From: Octopus sinensis | Taxonomy: Eukaryota | Reading direction: 5' to 3' | Assembly: GCF_006345805.1 (NCBI RefSeq) | Contig: NC_042998.1 | Coordinates: 104,780,001 to 104,844,000 of the forward strand | DNA: 64,000 bases | Part shown: positions 22,968 through 36,192 of the stretch, piece after piece | Position numbering within the stretch: position 1 is the stretch's first letter | Layout: each line of letters opens with the position of its first letter | Program-made: the position numbers and the translations under genes | The notes under the pieces: model-generated | Seen by the model: the letters and a program-made list of their open reading frames with translations, nothing else | Told to the model about the DNA's origin: nothing | The model's database searches: none

Positions 22968-23590
22968 TAATAATAAAAGGTAAAATTAATTAATTAACTA
23001 GTAATTAATAATTCCACCAAGTAGAATTCGGCATGAAAAAGGACCATTTTTCGGTAAACTTAAACAATAGTTTATAATTACGAGTATAATTATAATTAGG
23101 GTTCAGCAAAGATTTGCTTTACCACAGACCGAAGTTTAGAAATAGCAGCCAAAGAACCTTAGCTATTTCTTCTACTATAAGAAGAGACTTCTGGACAAAA
23201 CAAAATACTCGAAATAACCCACGCAGAGAGGAAAAATAACGAAATTCACTCGGTATTTGATTACGTGTGGGCGCGTTCCGGAATTAGATCGGTATGAAGA
23301 ATGTAAAGATCATACATCACCCAAACATTTTCCTCTTCAGCACAGGATTCCACGATATTAAATTTGAGAGCACTAGAAAAATTGAACATACCTATCCAAT
23401 TCAAAACTATCAGACAGATCACATTCAACGTCCAGTACCGACGAATTGAAAACATACGAATGGGGTTCCTCATCTTCCCTCGCCCATCCACGTGTGATGT
23501 CGAGTATAGTTTATTATCAATAATAATAAAGGGTAAAATTAATTAATTAACTAGTAATTAATAATTCCACCAAGTAGAATTCGGCATGAA
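22968..23590 (-). mobile_element. Penelope-like pseudo-LTR, partial tandem
   Basis: About 70-bp direct repeat at 22968 and 23520; homologous to 6845-7030; carries a decayed hammerhead. Confidence 0.65.
23266..23344 (-). ncRNA. Decayed minimal hammerhead
   Basis: UGUG/CACA stem I, CUGAAGA, GGAA/UUCC stem II, GGAA in place of GAAA, palindromic CGCG loop, CC in place of UC. Confidence 0.5.
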
Positions 23591-25159
23591 CACACACACA
23601 CACACACACACTATAAATTAAAAGCAGCGCTAGTATTGTAAACATTAATTGACCGCATATACTTAATGTACCGATGTAATTCAGGTACGTGGTGTTGATA
23701 AGCCTCAAAAATGGCAAAATATCGGTATCCACCACTCCTGAACGAGATTGGGGCGAGTAGTCTCGCCTGTCTAGGACTTGCAGGTGTTTTAACGCCCATT
23801 GCTATGAGGGAGTCCTCCCCAAAGTGCTATGCAACAGTGAGACAATAAACAAGCAAAACACATTCACTGAGTATAAGCGGTCGCTAACGTGTGTGTATAT
23901 GTGTGTATATATGTGTGTGTGTGTGTATGTATATATATATATGCGTGTGTGTGTATGTGTGTGTGTAAATTCTTTAAAGTATTTCAGCTTTATAACTACG
24001 GTCATGCTGGGGCACCACCGTTGGCTGTGCTACACCATTACTTGAAACTCCTCTTATATGTGCTGCCATAATCTGTTTCCTGTCGTAAGGTAGACTCATC
24101 CGGAATCCTTGACACGAGGAGATCCAATTCTGGTTTCAAGACACCTACATGTGTGTGTATTATATATATATATATATATATATCAAACATTATACTATAG
24201 GATATGGATTCAGAGGATCCGGTAGCTATCACAGAAAGCTCCTCTAACGGACTAGGATGCACTGTTTCACGTCAGTTAGAGTACTAGAGAGAAGTTCAGA
24301 GAATTGACCATCCTTAACGTTAACAAAATACAGGAAGGGATAAAAATGAGGAAGTAGAGTAATTAAAAATAGCTAACGTAAATATATAAAAATAAGTATA
24401 TATAAAATTTACATATATATATACACATAGACAAACATATATTCCCACACATACTAACACAAGGAAACACACACACACGCACATACACACACGCGCACAT
24501 GCACACACACATACACACATAATGTAACATAATATAGTATAAATGAATTAAAGAGATAGCAGATATCAGGTGATATAGAGATTAAACAAAGAAAGAGTAC
24601 TGAAAAAATGGAAGCTTCAAATAGGGTTAGAAGGTCATAAGACCATACATAAAAACGTAGGGATCTAAAATTTTAGTCTTATTTTCTAAATACATCTCAG
24701 AATACATTATAACCCGGTGCACTGTAACAAAACCGAAACCGGGCATATACTTATGTATAAAGCACAAGCACAAATACCCCCACCATCACTACCAAAAAAG
24801 TACAACCACACTCACACAACCATATTATCTTTTGTTCCCTTGTGTATACATATAGACCACATTCGCCTCCACATGAGCTTATGTGTACATATATTATATA
24901 TATGATATGTATACTTCACTAAAGTGGACGAAGGTCCTAATCAGCATTCGTATTCCTAGAAGTAAAAGTCAAAACAACTCAATAGCCACAAAAGCATTAT
25001 CTTAATGAGCTGACAAAAGAGAAAAGGTCTCTACGGTCACAGACAGAGCCAGATCACTGATGATTTTACATTTTGATGCTTAACGCACCTTAACGCTCAT
25101 CAGTGGCTCTCATTGCGCCTTGTTAGCTGATAAGATTTCCGTTCAAATCATACGCAGAG

Positions 25160-25380
25160 GAGTGGCTATGTGTTAAAAAGCTTGCTTCCCAATCACATGG
25201 TTCCGAGTTCAATTCAGCTGCATGGAACCTTGAGCGAGTGTCTTCTACTATAGCTTCAGGCCGACCAAAGCTTTGTCAAGGATTTGGTAGACGGAAACTG
25301 AATGAAGTTCGTCGTGTATATATATGTGTGTGTGTGTGTGTGATTTCCCCCCCCCACCACCAACTGCCTGAAACAAGTAA
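25160..25380 (+). mobile_element. SINE family B, internally deleted
   Basis: GGAGTGGCTATGTG...GGCCGACCAAAGC...GGTAGACGGAAACTG...GAAACAAGTAAAA. Confidence 0.8.
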
Positions 25381-25795
25381 AAACGTAATGAGTGAAAGAG
25401 TATACATAAATGCATACACATCTACACATACACACATAGAATATATTATATATTATACCTATTTGTATATTCAATATATATTATATATATATATATTATA
25501 TATATATATATATATTATATATATATATATATATTATATATATATATATACATATCTATACACATATATATGAATATATATACGTATGTATATATATATA
25601 TATATATACGTATGTATATACATATATATATATATATATATAATATATATATACGTATGTATATACATATATAAATATATATATACGTAGGTATACGCAT
25701 ACACACACACACAATCATATATATATATATATAAATATATATATATATACGTAAGTATATATATATATATATAATATATATATACGTATGTATAT

Positions 25796-25847
<52 letters not shown>

Positions 25848-25989
25848 CGTATGTATATATGTATGTATATATCTATATATGTGTGAATGAAAGTGTATGT
25901 GTGTGTGTGTGTATGTAAATGTCGAACGAAGGGAATGAGTGCTCAACAACACATTGGTGGATATAACTTCTTTATTTGTCAATTGAGGC

Positions 25990-26560
25990 TACCATTGGTT
26001 TCATGTTAAGAAAATTTGGAAAATATCCTGCTATCTTAATTTTTCAGGCCGATTACGTGGAGAAAGGTATTCGACTCAATTGTGGAAAACAGCCTTCCTT
26101 GAATTTGTCATTAGGGTAAATTTTGTGATTAATTTGTTTGTATTATTTCGCATTATTTTGTTTTTGTTCTGGGCATGGTGTTCTTAAACTTGTTTGCTGA
26201 AATAGTTCGTCATTGGAGTATATTTCTTCTTTGTGTGAAGCTCGTGTGCTATGTGTGTTCCCGTTTAGGAAAGGGGCTATCCTGGTAGGGCAACCCTCGC
26301 GTGAAGGGGCTCTATGAAATATTTGAGTGTAAAATATTGACTATATATGCAGGGAGAAAAAGGTTTCATTTCTAATGTTTAGGACGTTAGTTGTTGATTG
26401 TATGTTTAATTTTTCAGTAATAGAGAGTTGACATTTGGTACCCCATCCTCTGTATTTTTTGCCTTTAGCAATGATTGTCTATTCTATCTGGGGGTTGCTT
26501 ATTCCACCTTCTTTCAATGTCCGTATCACATTTGACATGAATGCCGCATGTTTTTGATCT
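25990..26560 (-). mobile_element. Penelope-like remnants (GIY-YIG tail and linker-like segment)
   Basis: IE*TIIAKGKKYRGWGTKCQLSITEKLNI...VLNIRNE at 26330-26560; weaker KIKIAGYFPNFLNMK near 26000-26080. Confidence 0.5.
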
Positions 26561-26714
26561 GGATGACGCCAAATGGTTTATATATATATATGTGTGTGGG
26601 GGGTGTATACATACACACACATTATACGATATTGTATTATTTTATATATTATATTGTGTTATATTATATTATATTATATTATATTAAATTATATTATATT
26701 GAATTGTATTATAT

Positions 26715-28050
26715 TATAGAACGAATCATCAAGAAGAAACAGTTAATGTTCCTAGATGAAGATGACTTACTGAACGGCGCACAGCATCGCTTCGGCCCAG
26801 GAAGAAGCTACCTCACACAACTCCTACGACAGTATGACTGGGTTTTGAAACAGCTGCTTAACCATGCAGATGTCTATGTGATATATCTTGATTATACAAA
26901 GGCCTTTGATAATGTAGGTCATGGCATGGTAATTCACAAGCTGCGAGACCGTGACATAGCTGGAAACCGTGTGAGTGACTGCATGACTTCTCAAAAGATA
27001 GAAGTTGCTGCCAAAGGTGCCCTCTCTGAGAAAACACAACTTCTAAGTGGTGTCCCACAGGAAAATTATCTTGGGGCTATTACTATTTATAACAGCTCTC
27101 TAAGACATTCCCACGGTCACCCTGACAGCCACTTTCGCAAGCTACGCCGATGATACAAAATTATCATAAGCAATAAAAAATCCAGACGATGTTGCAAGCT
27201 TAGAGCGGGACCTGATTACAATATACAAGTGGGCAGAAATAAACTACATGCATTTTAATGCTGGAAAATTTCAAGCACTGCTCTATCAGCTCAAAAGAAT
27301 GTACTACAGCCTGCATATACAGGGCTCGAAGGCACCGCAGTATCAGAATCATGAGCAGTGAGACACTTGGGGACCAGTATGCGCAATGATGAATCATTTC
27401 ATAAGCACACTACCAAGATGGTAGTAAAGTACAGACAACTTGCAGAATGGATACCAAGGTCCCTCGAGACAAGAGACTAAGGGCTTATGTTATCCTTGTG
27501 GAAGATCTTGTTCTCAGGCACCTGGAATAATGCTGTCAGCTATGGTTTTCTCATGGTGCCATATTAACAGCAGGGCTTGAAGCGGTCCAAACCAACTACA
27601 CTAAAAAGGTCTGTAACAGTGCAGGAGATGAACTACAGAGAGAGACGCAAAAACTACGACTTTACTCCCTGGAGCGAAGATTCAACATATATTTAATAAT
27701 CTATATAGGGAAAATTCTGGAAAGGCTAGCACTTAATTTTGGCATTGAGGTTTATTCAACTGCCCGAACTGGACGCCTTTGTATTGTACTCTTTCTAAAT
27801 CCAGGAACAGGTACTGAAACAGCTTAGGTTTTAAAGGCCCACAGCTCTTCAATGCCCTGCCGCGAAAATTAAGAAATTTACACACTATAGATGTGGATAT
27901 CTTCAAAAAGGTACTGGAAATCCTCATCTCGTCCATACCGGATGAACCAGCGGTCCGGTATGAGATACAGATGAGGGCATCCGTATCAAACGGCCTCATA
28001 CACCAGAAAGGTCAACAGACAAGGCAAAAGCACATAGAGGAATGATGCTA
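26715..28050 (+). mobile_element. CR1-like LINE, 5'-truncated RT pseudogene
   Basis: AQHRFGPGRSYLTQLL...VIYLDYTKAFDNVGHG...SGVPQ, then (YA)DDTK and GFKGPQLFNALP. Confidence 0.9.
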
Positions 28051-28159
28051 TGAAATACCATCATCCTCAAGAAATCAGCCAAAGAATAATCCTGTCCAAG
28101 GTGTGCCTGTTCGCGCCTCTAGAGATTGCTGAAGTTTCATCTCTATATAGGCCAAAGCG

Positions 28160-28850
28160 GGCCGAACAAAATGCTTAGCAGTATTTCGTGCGTCTTTACT
28201 TTCTAAGTTCATATTCTGCCGAAGTCGACTTTACCTTTTATCCTTTCAGGATCGATAAAACCAGTAGCAGTTAATCACTGGCGCTGATGATATCGAAATC
28301 CCTCCCACCAAATTGTTAGTGAGTTACTTTGATTATGAACATCAACGCCTCTAATTTTGAACCGTACTTCATAGATTTTCTGGCAAAATTTAGAATTTTG
28401 TTTGATAATATTATTTATGGCATTAAGGAGGCGAGCTGGCAGAATCCTTAGAACGCCGGACAAAATACTTCGCGGCATTTCATCCGTTTTTACGTTCTGT
28501 GTTCAAATTCTACCGAGGTCAATTTTGCCTTCCATCCTTTCGGGAATCGATAAAATTAGTATCAGTTGAGTACTCGGGGTCAATACACAAAACTTACTCC
28601 CATCCCCGAAATTGCTGGCCTTGTGTCAAAATTTGAAAATAGTATTGTTTAAAGCATTAAGCCGGCGAGCTGGCGTAATTGTTAGCATACTGGGCAAAAT
28701 GCATAGTCCATCTTTATGTCCTGGGTTCAAATTCCGCCGCGGTCGACTTTGCCTTTCATAATTTTGGAGTCGATAAATAAGTACCAGCTGATCACTGGGG
28801 TCGATGTAAACGATTTACCCCTGCCTTGAAATTGCTGGCCTTGTACCCTC
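28160..28850 (+). mobile_element. Three consecutive SINE family A copies
   Basis: Heads at about 28160, 28426 and 28660 with shared GTCGACTTTGCCTT..CATCCTTTCGG core. Confidence 0.85.
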
Positions 28851-29415
28851 TTAATTGAGTGAAACCTAAGCTGTTTTACCTCGTCATACCCAACGTGCAA
28901 ACAAATATTTTTTTGCTAAAAATGTCAACAATTTTCTCTTTGAAGTATAGTGGGGAATAGTGGGAGGTAGTCATGCTTGTTGTACTAGCATTAACGCTGA
29001 GTCAGTCATTTGCTTTGGAGCTTTTGCTTATCAAAGCAAAAAATGTCCACCTCTCCCAGTCACCCCCACGAAACAGCAGGGCATCGTTGCTTTGACAGTT
29101 ACTGAGGACGAAAAGTGGCGAGAGGTTTTGTAACAGCAACAACCTGTCGATCAGTAATTACAACAACAATAACAACATTCAGTGTGAAGAGAAAGTTATT
29201 AAAAACACCAAAACCAAAGGCAGAAATAAGAACAGCAACAGTGACGACGACGACGACGATGATGACGACTACAACAACAACATCAACAAGACCAAACGTT
29301 GAAGTAATAAGAGCAATGACATGCAAAACGGCAACAACAATGCAATCACTTCAACCACCACCACCCCACCGCTTCCACTGCAGCTGCTCGCTACCACCAG
29401 CAATAGTAATAATAA

Positions 29416-29813
29416 TCTTTTCTACACTAGGCACGAGGCCCGAAATTTTGGGGCAGGGGGCCAGTTGATTAGATCGACCTCAGTACGTAACTGGGACTTA
29501 ATTTATCTACCCCGAAAAGATGAAAGGCAAAGTCGACCTCGGCGGAATTTGAACTCACAACGTAAAGACAAATGAAATACCTATCTCTTTACTACCCACA
29601 AGGGGCTAAACACAGGGGGAACAAACAAGTACAGACAAACGGATTAAGTCGATTACATCGACCCCAGTGCGTAACTGGTACTATATTTATCGACCCCGAA
29701 AGGATGACAGGCAAAGTCGACCTCGGCGGAATTTGAACTCAGAACGTAACGGCAGACGAAATACGGCTACGCATTTCGCCCGGCGTGCGAACGTTTCTGC
29801 CAGCTCGCCGCTT
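29416..29813 (-). mobile_element. Two SINE family A copies with different 3' tails
   Basis: 29416-29580 and 29581-29813; the second has tail CTACCCACAAGGGGCTAAACA, also seen at 39635. Confidence 0.85.
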
Positions 29814-30529
29814 TACAGCAGATACACAAGAAAGGTGAGCGGTAATGTCACTCTGGTGAAGGAGCTCGGGTAGAAATGCACGTCCATGAGAAAAAGTATT
29901 CGCTGGTTTTATGCAAGTAAAACTATTTTGTTACTCGCAGCAGAAAATATGAGTGGTTGGAGATTAGCGACCTCTTTAAGGTCAACACTGAGAGTCGACC
30001 CTCTCCTGTTAAGAGAGAGAACTTTATTCCTTTTCTGTCAAACATGGGACGGTAGCTAATAAAAGTGCCATTGGTGGCTATACTGCCATAAATAAGCACC
30101 ACTTGGCCTGTGACAGCTGTTTTGAGTGACGAAGATATCTCAACGATCCAGAAAGCCCATAGGAAGTGAAGACATCGGTTTGGGGATGATGATCTTCATC
30201 TATTCGGTTCAAAATTTAAGAAAACACCTCTAAATCATCTGTGAATTGATCGAACAGCCAAGCAACAGTAAGCTGTTTGTAGTAGAATTCGTTTTTGTTC
30301 CAACACTCTTTACCTACTATACTTCAATGACCTCTTTCACAACCTTACATCATCCCTCCACAACCTCACACCATAAACCAAACCCACACCAATACTAAGA
30401 ACCGGTGTCTTGAAACTTACCTTCGCCGAAGAGATTCCAAAGGTTGTCTTTTTCCTTGACAAAAGAATACACAAGTCTGCATCTTAATTGAAGTAAATGA
30501 TGATTGCCTACTTATAAGGTGATTCTGAA

Positions 30530-32770
30530 CAATTTTTTATTCGGAACAATTTTTTTATTCGGAACAATATTTTAAAATTCTGAACAATATTTTTAGTTTT
30601 AGATTATCACGTACAGATTTTGCACAAATGGCTGTCAAAAATATGATTTTTCTTGATCTTCATTCCCTTTGGTGGCAGACTTTTAGATAAAAGTATGATG
30701 AAATTAAGAACAAATGACTATAATAACAATAAAAAGAGATATGAATAATGTATTAACTAAATATATTTTTTTAATGCACTTACCATGGCTTTAAAGCAAT
30801 TTTACTCCTTTTCAAACTTCCTTTTCTTTGGTTTCATTCCAGCTTTTGGTAGTTGATTGCAGTCTCTCTTTAGGGTTTAGGCAGTAATCCGCTATCATGT
30901 TTGCATTCCACATCCCCTCCTCGCACCTCCCCTCCAGTCCTTTAATGATCTGGTGAAATCTCTCGATTGCCAAGGTTCTCCGGGAAATAGTCGAGTTGTA
31001 AGTGAATGAAGTACATTTTAACACTCATGTTACACCCAATTTTTTTAAGTTTAGCAACTATGAGTTTGTAATTTGAACACTTATTGTTTCCCCAAAAGTT
31101 CTCGACAACACACCTGAAGTTCACCATGCCTGTTTTTGAGATTCCGACTTGGATTCCTCAGAATATGGGTCTTTCATTAGTATACAAATGTCAGGACCAA
31201 CAAATATTCCTACTTTAATTTTCTTACTAGTTATATTTGGGAATGTTTTTCAGAGATACTGCAAACACGATCCAACGAACAGTTTCATCAAATCCAGTTT
31301 GATGTGTAAAATTGATAACAGTACTTTTGTAGGTTCAACCAAGGGCGCATGCAGAATGTTTTTGGATCCAAGTAACAAACTTCTCCTTTGTGGCCAGTCG
31401 TTAATCATTCAGTGCTTTTCTTTAGTTCCGTTGTCCCGTTCACATAAGAATCATGGCATGTTTTTGTAGCCTACCTACTGGCCTAAAAGCACACCTACAA
31501 TTTTGAAATCTACACAAAATTGTCAGTGGTATTCTGCATACTTAATATTTAATAAAATTATGTTTTTGCATTTTCATACGTCTCCTTTAGTTGTACAGAA
31601 TGCGCCACTGGAATAGATACTTATTTCTATTGTGTAGCAAAACAGACTTCAAACTCCTTTTGGAAGAATCAATGAATAGCCTCCATTTGGAGGGATTGCT
31701 CCCCATCTCAAAACAGTTTAACAGGTTTAGAATATTACAGCAAAACACCATTGATATATCCTCAGCAAAGAATGGTAACAATTCGTATTCCCCTTGAGGC
31801 TGCTAAGAGAAGAGGGTTCCTGGTAACAAAAGCTTTTACATTTTTAGCCTAGAACCAGGAAGTTCTGCTTCATCCTTTGGTAGATTCAAATCTCACATCA
31901 AATCATTGAGTTTTTCCTGTGTTCATAACTGAGGAAATTCGACTTCTTCATGAGTGTGGCTTTCAATTTCTCCTTCACATTTATCATCTTCATCACTATC
32001 TGATGTAATATTCTCCAAAACAAGTTGGGGTGAGGAAGAAATAGAATGTCCACCCCATGTGCAATTGGCCGTATAGCCGCAGGAATACTATGATACATTA
32101 TCGTATGTTTGTTTTTTGCACTCTATCCATCAACTTAAGTAATGCATCAACATGGCTATTCCGCTCCCGCCTCACTACTGGTGTTCTAAAGGGCATTTCT
32201 TTATTCTTACCGGTTTTTCTGAGTCTCAGCCCTTCGAAACAAGTGTGTCATACTTTGTGAAGCCCAAGGTTTGTCTCCATCACCGAGTTTAACACCAAAA
32301 TAAGTGAACTATAGATTTTTCACAAGATCAGTTATATTTTGTCGCTGCTTAATGTCAACATATCTGCCACAAATGGAGCAGAATATGTCTGGATTGTTCA
32401 CGCACGTCTATATGCATTCATTTTAAATGGAGTTTATACGTAAATATCACCAATGACTAACCTTTGGAGCTGCTAAAACAACACTATAGCCTCAGTTGGC
32501 AATCGTGTACACAGTTTTCCAAGGTCACGTCGTTTGTCAGAATAGCAAACAACTTTAATAAACTTTATATTGGCTGCTGTTCTAACTTTACCAATATTAG
32601 ATCAGCATTGATTTATAGCAATCTATTTCTTTTGGAAAATAAATCAGATAATCATTGTCATCTGATTTTTTGATACCATAATACAAAAAAAAAGCTTTAT
32701 TATAGAATAACTAGATGTGATGGAGAAAAACTAATAACAGATCTCAACACCAGCGTAAAACATTGCATTA
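30530..32770 (-). mobile_element. Chapaev3-like (CMC) DNA transposon, decayed transposase
   Basis: CVNNPDIFCSICG...YFGVKLGDGDKPWA; AIRPIAHG; WRLFIDSSKRSLKSVLLHN; VENFWGNNK..NY; GCNMSVKM.F.H.QLDYFPENLG; ERFHQ.IK...WNANMIADYC. Family name is from recall; termini are approximate. Confidence 0.7.
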
Positions 32771-32869
32771 AAAGTTTATTTGAACATAAAACTTTATGCA
32801 TACTTGTGATATCATCACGCTACGTCCCCTTAATCATGAGCAGCACAAGAGTAGAGCCCTCATAACGGC

Positions 32870-33420
32870 TCTAAATGTTGGGTGTAACTATCACGGAGGT
32901 CCTCTCCAGCCGAAAACTCGTTTTTAACATAGCTGGGACCGCAATGGCAAAAAATGTCCTTTTTTTCAGTACTAGAAAATGCCTCAGCTTTCAACGATTG
33001 TTGACACTCTACAAAACACAGACGAAACCTCCATAGCATTATTCTCTCACATTTAGAACGAGGTCATTGCTACACACACAGACATCCACGCATGCAACCA
33101 GGAAAGGATCATCCAACTGACTGACATAAAGCCACTCACAGAGATGCTCCAGCCTCTTGCTCATAGGCACTCTGTCCCACTTCACTATAATGGTATTTCT
33201 CCTCAGAGCTGGCTGAATAATACCACCTGTACAGACGTCTGAAAATTACCCATCCCTCCTCCTCTCAGGATTCTTTTTGGATCCATGTATCCCCAGACTT
33301 CGCATTCAGTTCTTTTTCAGAACGCCATACATTTGGAGCTCTCATTCTGCTCATACCGTATGCGCAAGTGGAGATTTGTAATGTTTTGAGAGGAATATTA
33401 ATGACATCTGTTTTACTAGT
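32870..33420 (+). mobile_element. CR1-like LINE 3' RT remnant
   Basis: LGVTIT..LS...LLTLYKTQ... homologous in pattern to 59720-60540. Confidence 0.6.
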
Positions 33421-35420
33421 CATGGATAACCTGCGAAGCCCATGAGCACCATTCTATCTTTCAGACCCAATATATGAAAAAAGCAAAAAGAGACTCGAGT
33501 ATCTGTTGTCCAACGAAGTTGATCGGGCTCGTTGCAAGGGGCTTCGTCTGAGCGAAGAAACCAGAAATAAAACAGACTCACCGCCACACTACCATCGCTA
33601 TAACCTCAACAACAACTATTAACATTTACCACTGTCACACTAACGAAGGAGACTGTACGTGGCCTCTCAACTTGGTAGAAATAGCAATCAAATCTCCCTT
33701 AAATTACAATCTTGTTTCGTTAAAAAGACCCGTTGGAAAATATGGATCTGGAAAATATGACAAGATGGTGACGAGGAATATACTCTTTATCATGGATGTG
33801 CTTAGTTAGGGTTATCTATAGTTAAACTACAATACCAACAAAACCGATAACAAATGAAACATCCCTCTCCAACTACACAGAGGAAAATAGAAACATTGAG
33901 CTGATGAGGTACATAGCAATACGACACCTAAATAAATTAACTTTTTTAAGATCTCCTCTCCATCATTTCCCCGATATCTACATATCTCTAAACTCAAATA
34001 TCGAGGAGCACCACTTTAGTCTTACTGAAAACACTCGAAGTCATAATTAGCTCACTCGACACTTATGAGTGGACTAGTGTCTTCATTTTAATTTTCAAGT
34101 CACAACGTTTTGGTTGTTGATTTTATGATCTTTTCAAATTGAACATTTTAATAACTATACGAACGATAGATTATTCTCATTCTGTTGACTCTACCAGGAG
34201 TATTTTCCGATTATTCTCTTACATGTTAGGTCGCCTGTCCGTTCCTCTTGACCCCAAGTTTATATAGTTTGAGTGACCCAAGATTGAAATCACTCCCACT
34301 GTATACACTATGATATTTGATATTTCACAATTAGTTAGTGCTTATAATTACAATCCCATTATTCTGCACTTAAAGGTTCGGATTGAAATTCCGGAAATAC
34401 TAGCGAGTGCAACGGGCAACTGAAGAAAGCCGGAGGGTAGAACGACCGACACGTAGTGACTCCAAGTAGGACAAGTAAATAATAATTTACCATTTCAAAA
34501 ATTCAAATAAAATGACTATGCTCGATTATGTCTATGCGTTATTATAATTAGTTTTCCTAAATTATCGCAACAATCTTATGCATAATCATAAAAAGATAAT
34601 CAGAATCAAATTTGACATGATTTTAACCATCACTGCATAGTATAATCTGGTTTCTAAAAATAAGCTCAAAGACAGATTCTCAATTTGACATAAATTTACA
34701 AGAAAAATACATAGTTATGTAACATAACTGTTGGGAATCCTTAATGGTTATTTCAAACAGTGACTGTACCTGAACTTGGGTGATGCTCTGCATTGCAAAG
34801 TGATGAGAGAAGCAATCAATAACTAAGACAACTAAGTAAGTATATATCTCTTTACTTGAGGATCAGTTTCCCACAGAGAAATCACTCGAGCGAATTAAGT
34901 GCATTAAAAGCAAAATATATATGATACGTCGGCGTTCTATCGCATAACTGGGGTTTTGCCTTCAAATATATTCAACTACAATAAAGTACGTTTACACAAT
35001 TTTTGAAAGCTCAGGCACTTTTGGTCAGTAAATATTTAAGCATGCAAGCTTTAAGGATTAAAACCCCCGCAGACAGAGAAGTTTATGTTGTAGACATCGA
35101 GCATGTATTGAGTCTACATATCAGTCAGTGAGATGCAATATGGATCAACCATGGTCAGAAAATTGCAGAAAGTGAGTTGTAGAAGAATGCAGCAGCTTCT
35201 ACCTATCCTGCAGCATGACTCGAAGAACCTTCATCTGCATATTCCATAAAGTGCTGCTGTAGATCATATGTCATTTGTCCTCCACAAGAGATATCAGTAC
35301 AGCCTAATCTAGGTCATATTTATGAATAGCTTAGTCAGGTCATTGATTATGAATGATATCAAAACGTTTTTAGATTGTAGTCTCGCCAAAGTACATGGCC
35401 AATTCAGAATAACTGCACTG

Positions 35421-36192
35421 GACTGTTTGTGAAAATCGCCAAGTAGTGCTCAACTGGTACTTATTTTATCGCCCTGCCCCGAAAGTATGAAAGGCAAAGT
35501 CAACCTCGGCAGAATTTGAGTTCAGAACGTAACGATGGATGAAATTCCGCTAAGCATTTTGCTGCCCGGCGTGCTAACAATTCCATCAACTCGCCGCTTG
35601 AGAAAAATGGTAATATTTCACTTTTATGTAGAGAGCTATGATATATAGCGGAGTTGTGTGGGGCTGTGTATCATTCATGACATTCAATGTCTTATTAATA
35701 ATAGCTATGTTGATTTAAAAACAACTTAATCGATTACATTTATGGTTACCTGGGAATTTCATACAATATTGTCTCTAACTAGATTAGAACTTCTATCCTC
35801 AGTAACTGTAGTAATAGGGGTTTGAGAGATTTCTGTAAGTCAATAGAATGTCGCACTATCAGTCGAAATATCAATGATTTGCACTCTAGTGGTGATAAAC
35901 ACATTTATGTATGTGTGTAAGAATATGTATGTTTGACTGTTTGTGAAAATCGCCGAGTAGTGCTCAACTGGTACTTATTTTATCGCCCCGCCCCGAAAGT
36001 ATGAAAGGCAAAGTCAACCTCGGCAGAATTTGAGTTCAGAACGAAACGATGGATGAAATGCCGCTAAGCATTTTGCTGCCCGGCGTGCTAACAATTCCAT
36101 CAACTCGCCGCTTGAGAAAAATGGTACTAATATTATTTCACTTTTATGTAGAGAGCTATGATATATAGCGGAGTTGAGAATATGTATGTTTG
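35421..36192 (+). repeat. Local duplication: 35421-35656 copied to 35936-36176, flanked by a 16-bp direct repeat
   Basis: Near-identical SINE plus unique flank; AGAATATGTATGTTTG at 35920-35935 and 36177-36192. Confidence 0.85.

Noticed and set aside
25046-25109. Hairpin with CTGATGA on both strands (possible hammerhead or C/D snoRNA)
   Set aside because: GAAA is absent, and there is no good terminal stem around a box D
28284-28305. CTGATGA-TATC-GAAA
   Set aside because: No stem II or stem I; lies in a decayed SINE tail
33898-33940. GAGCTGATGAGGT motif
   Set aside because: No GAAA or stem I partner
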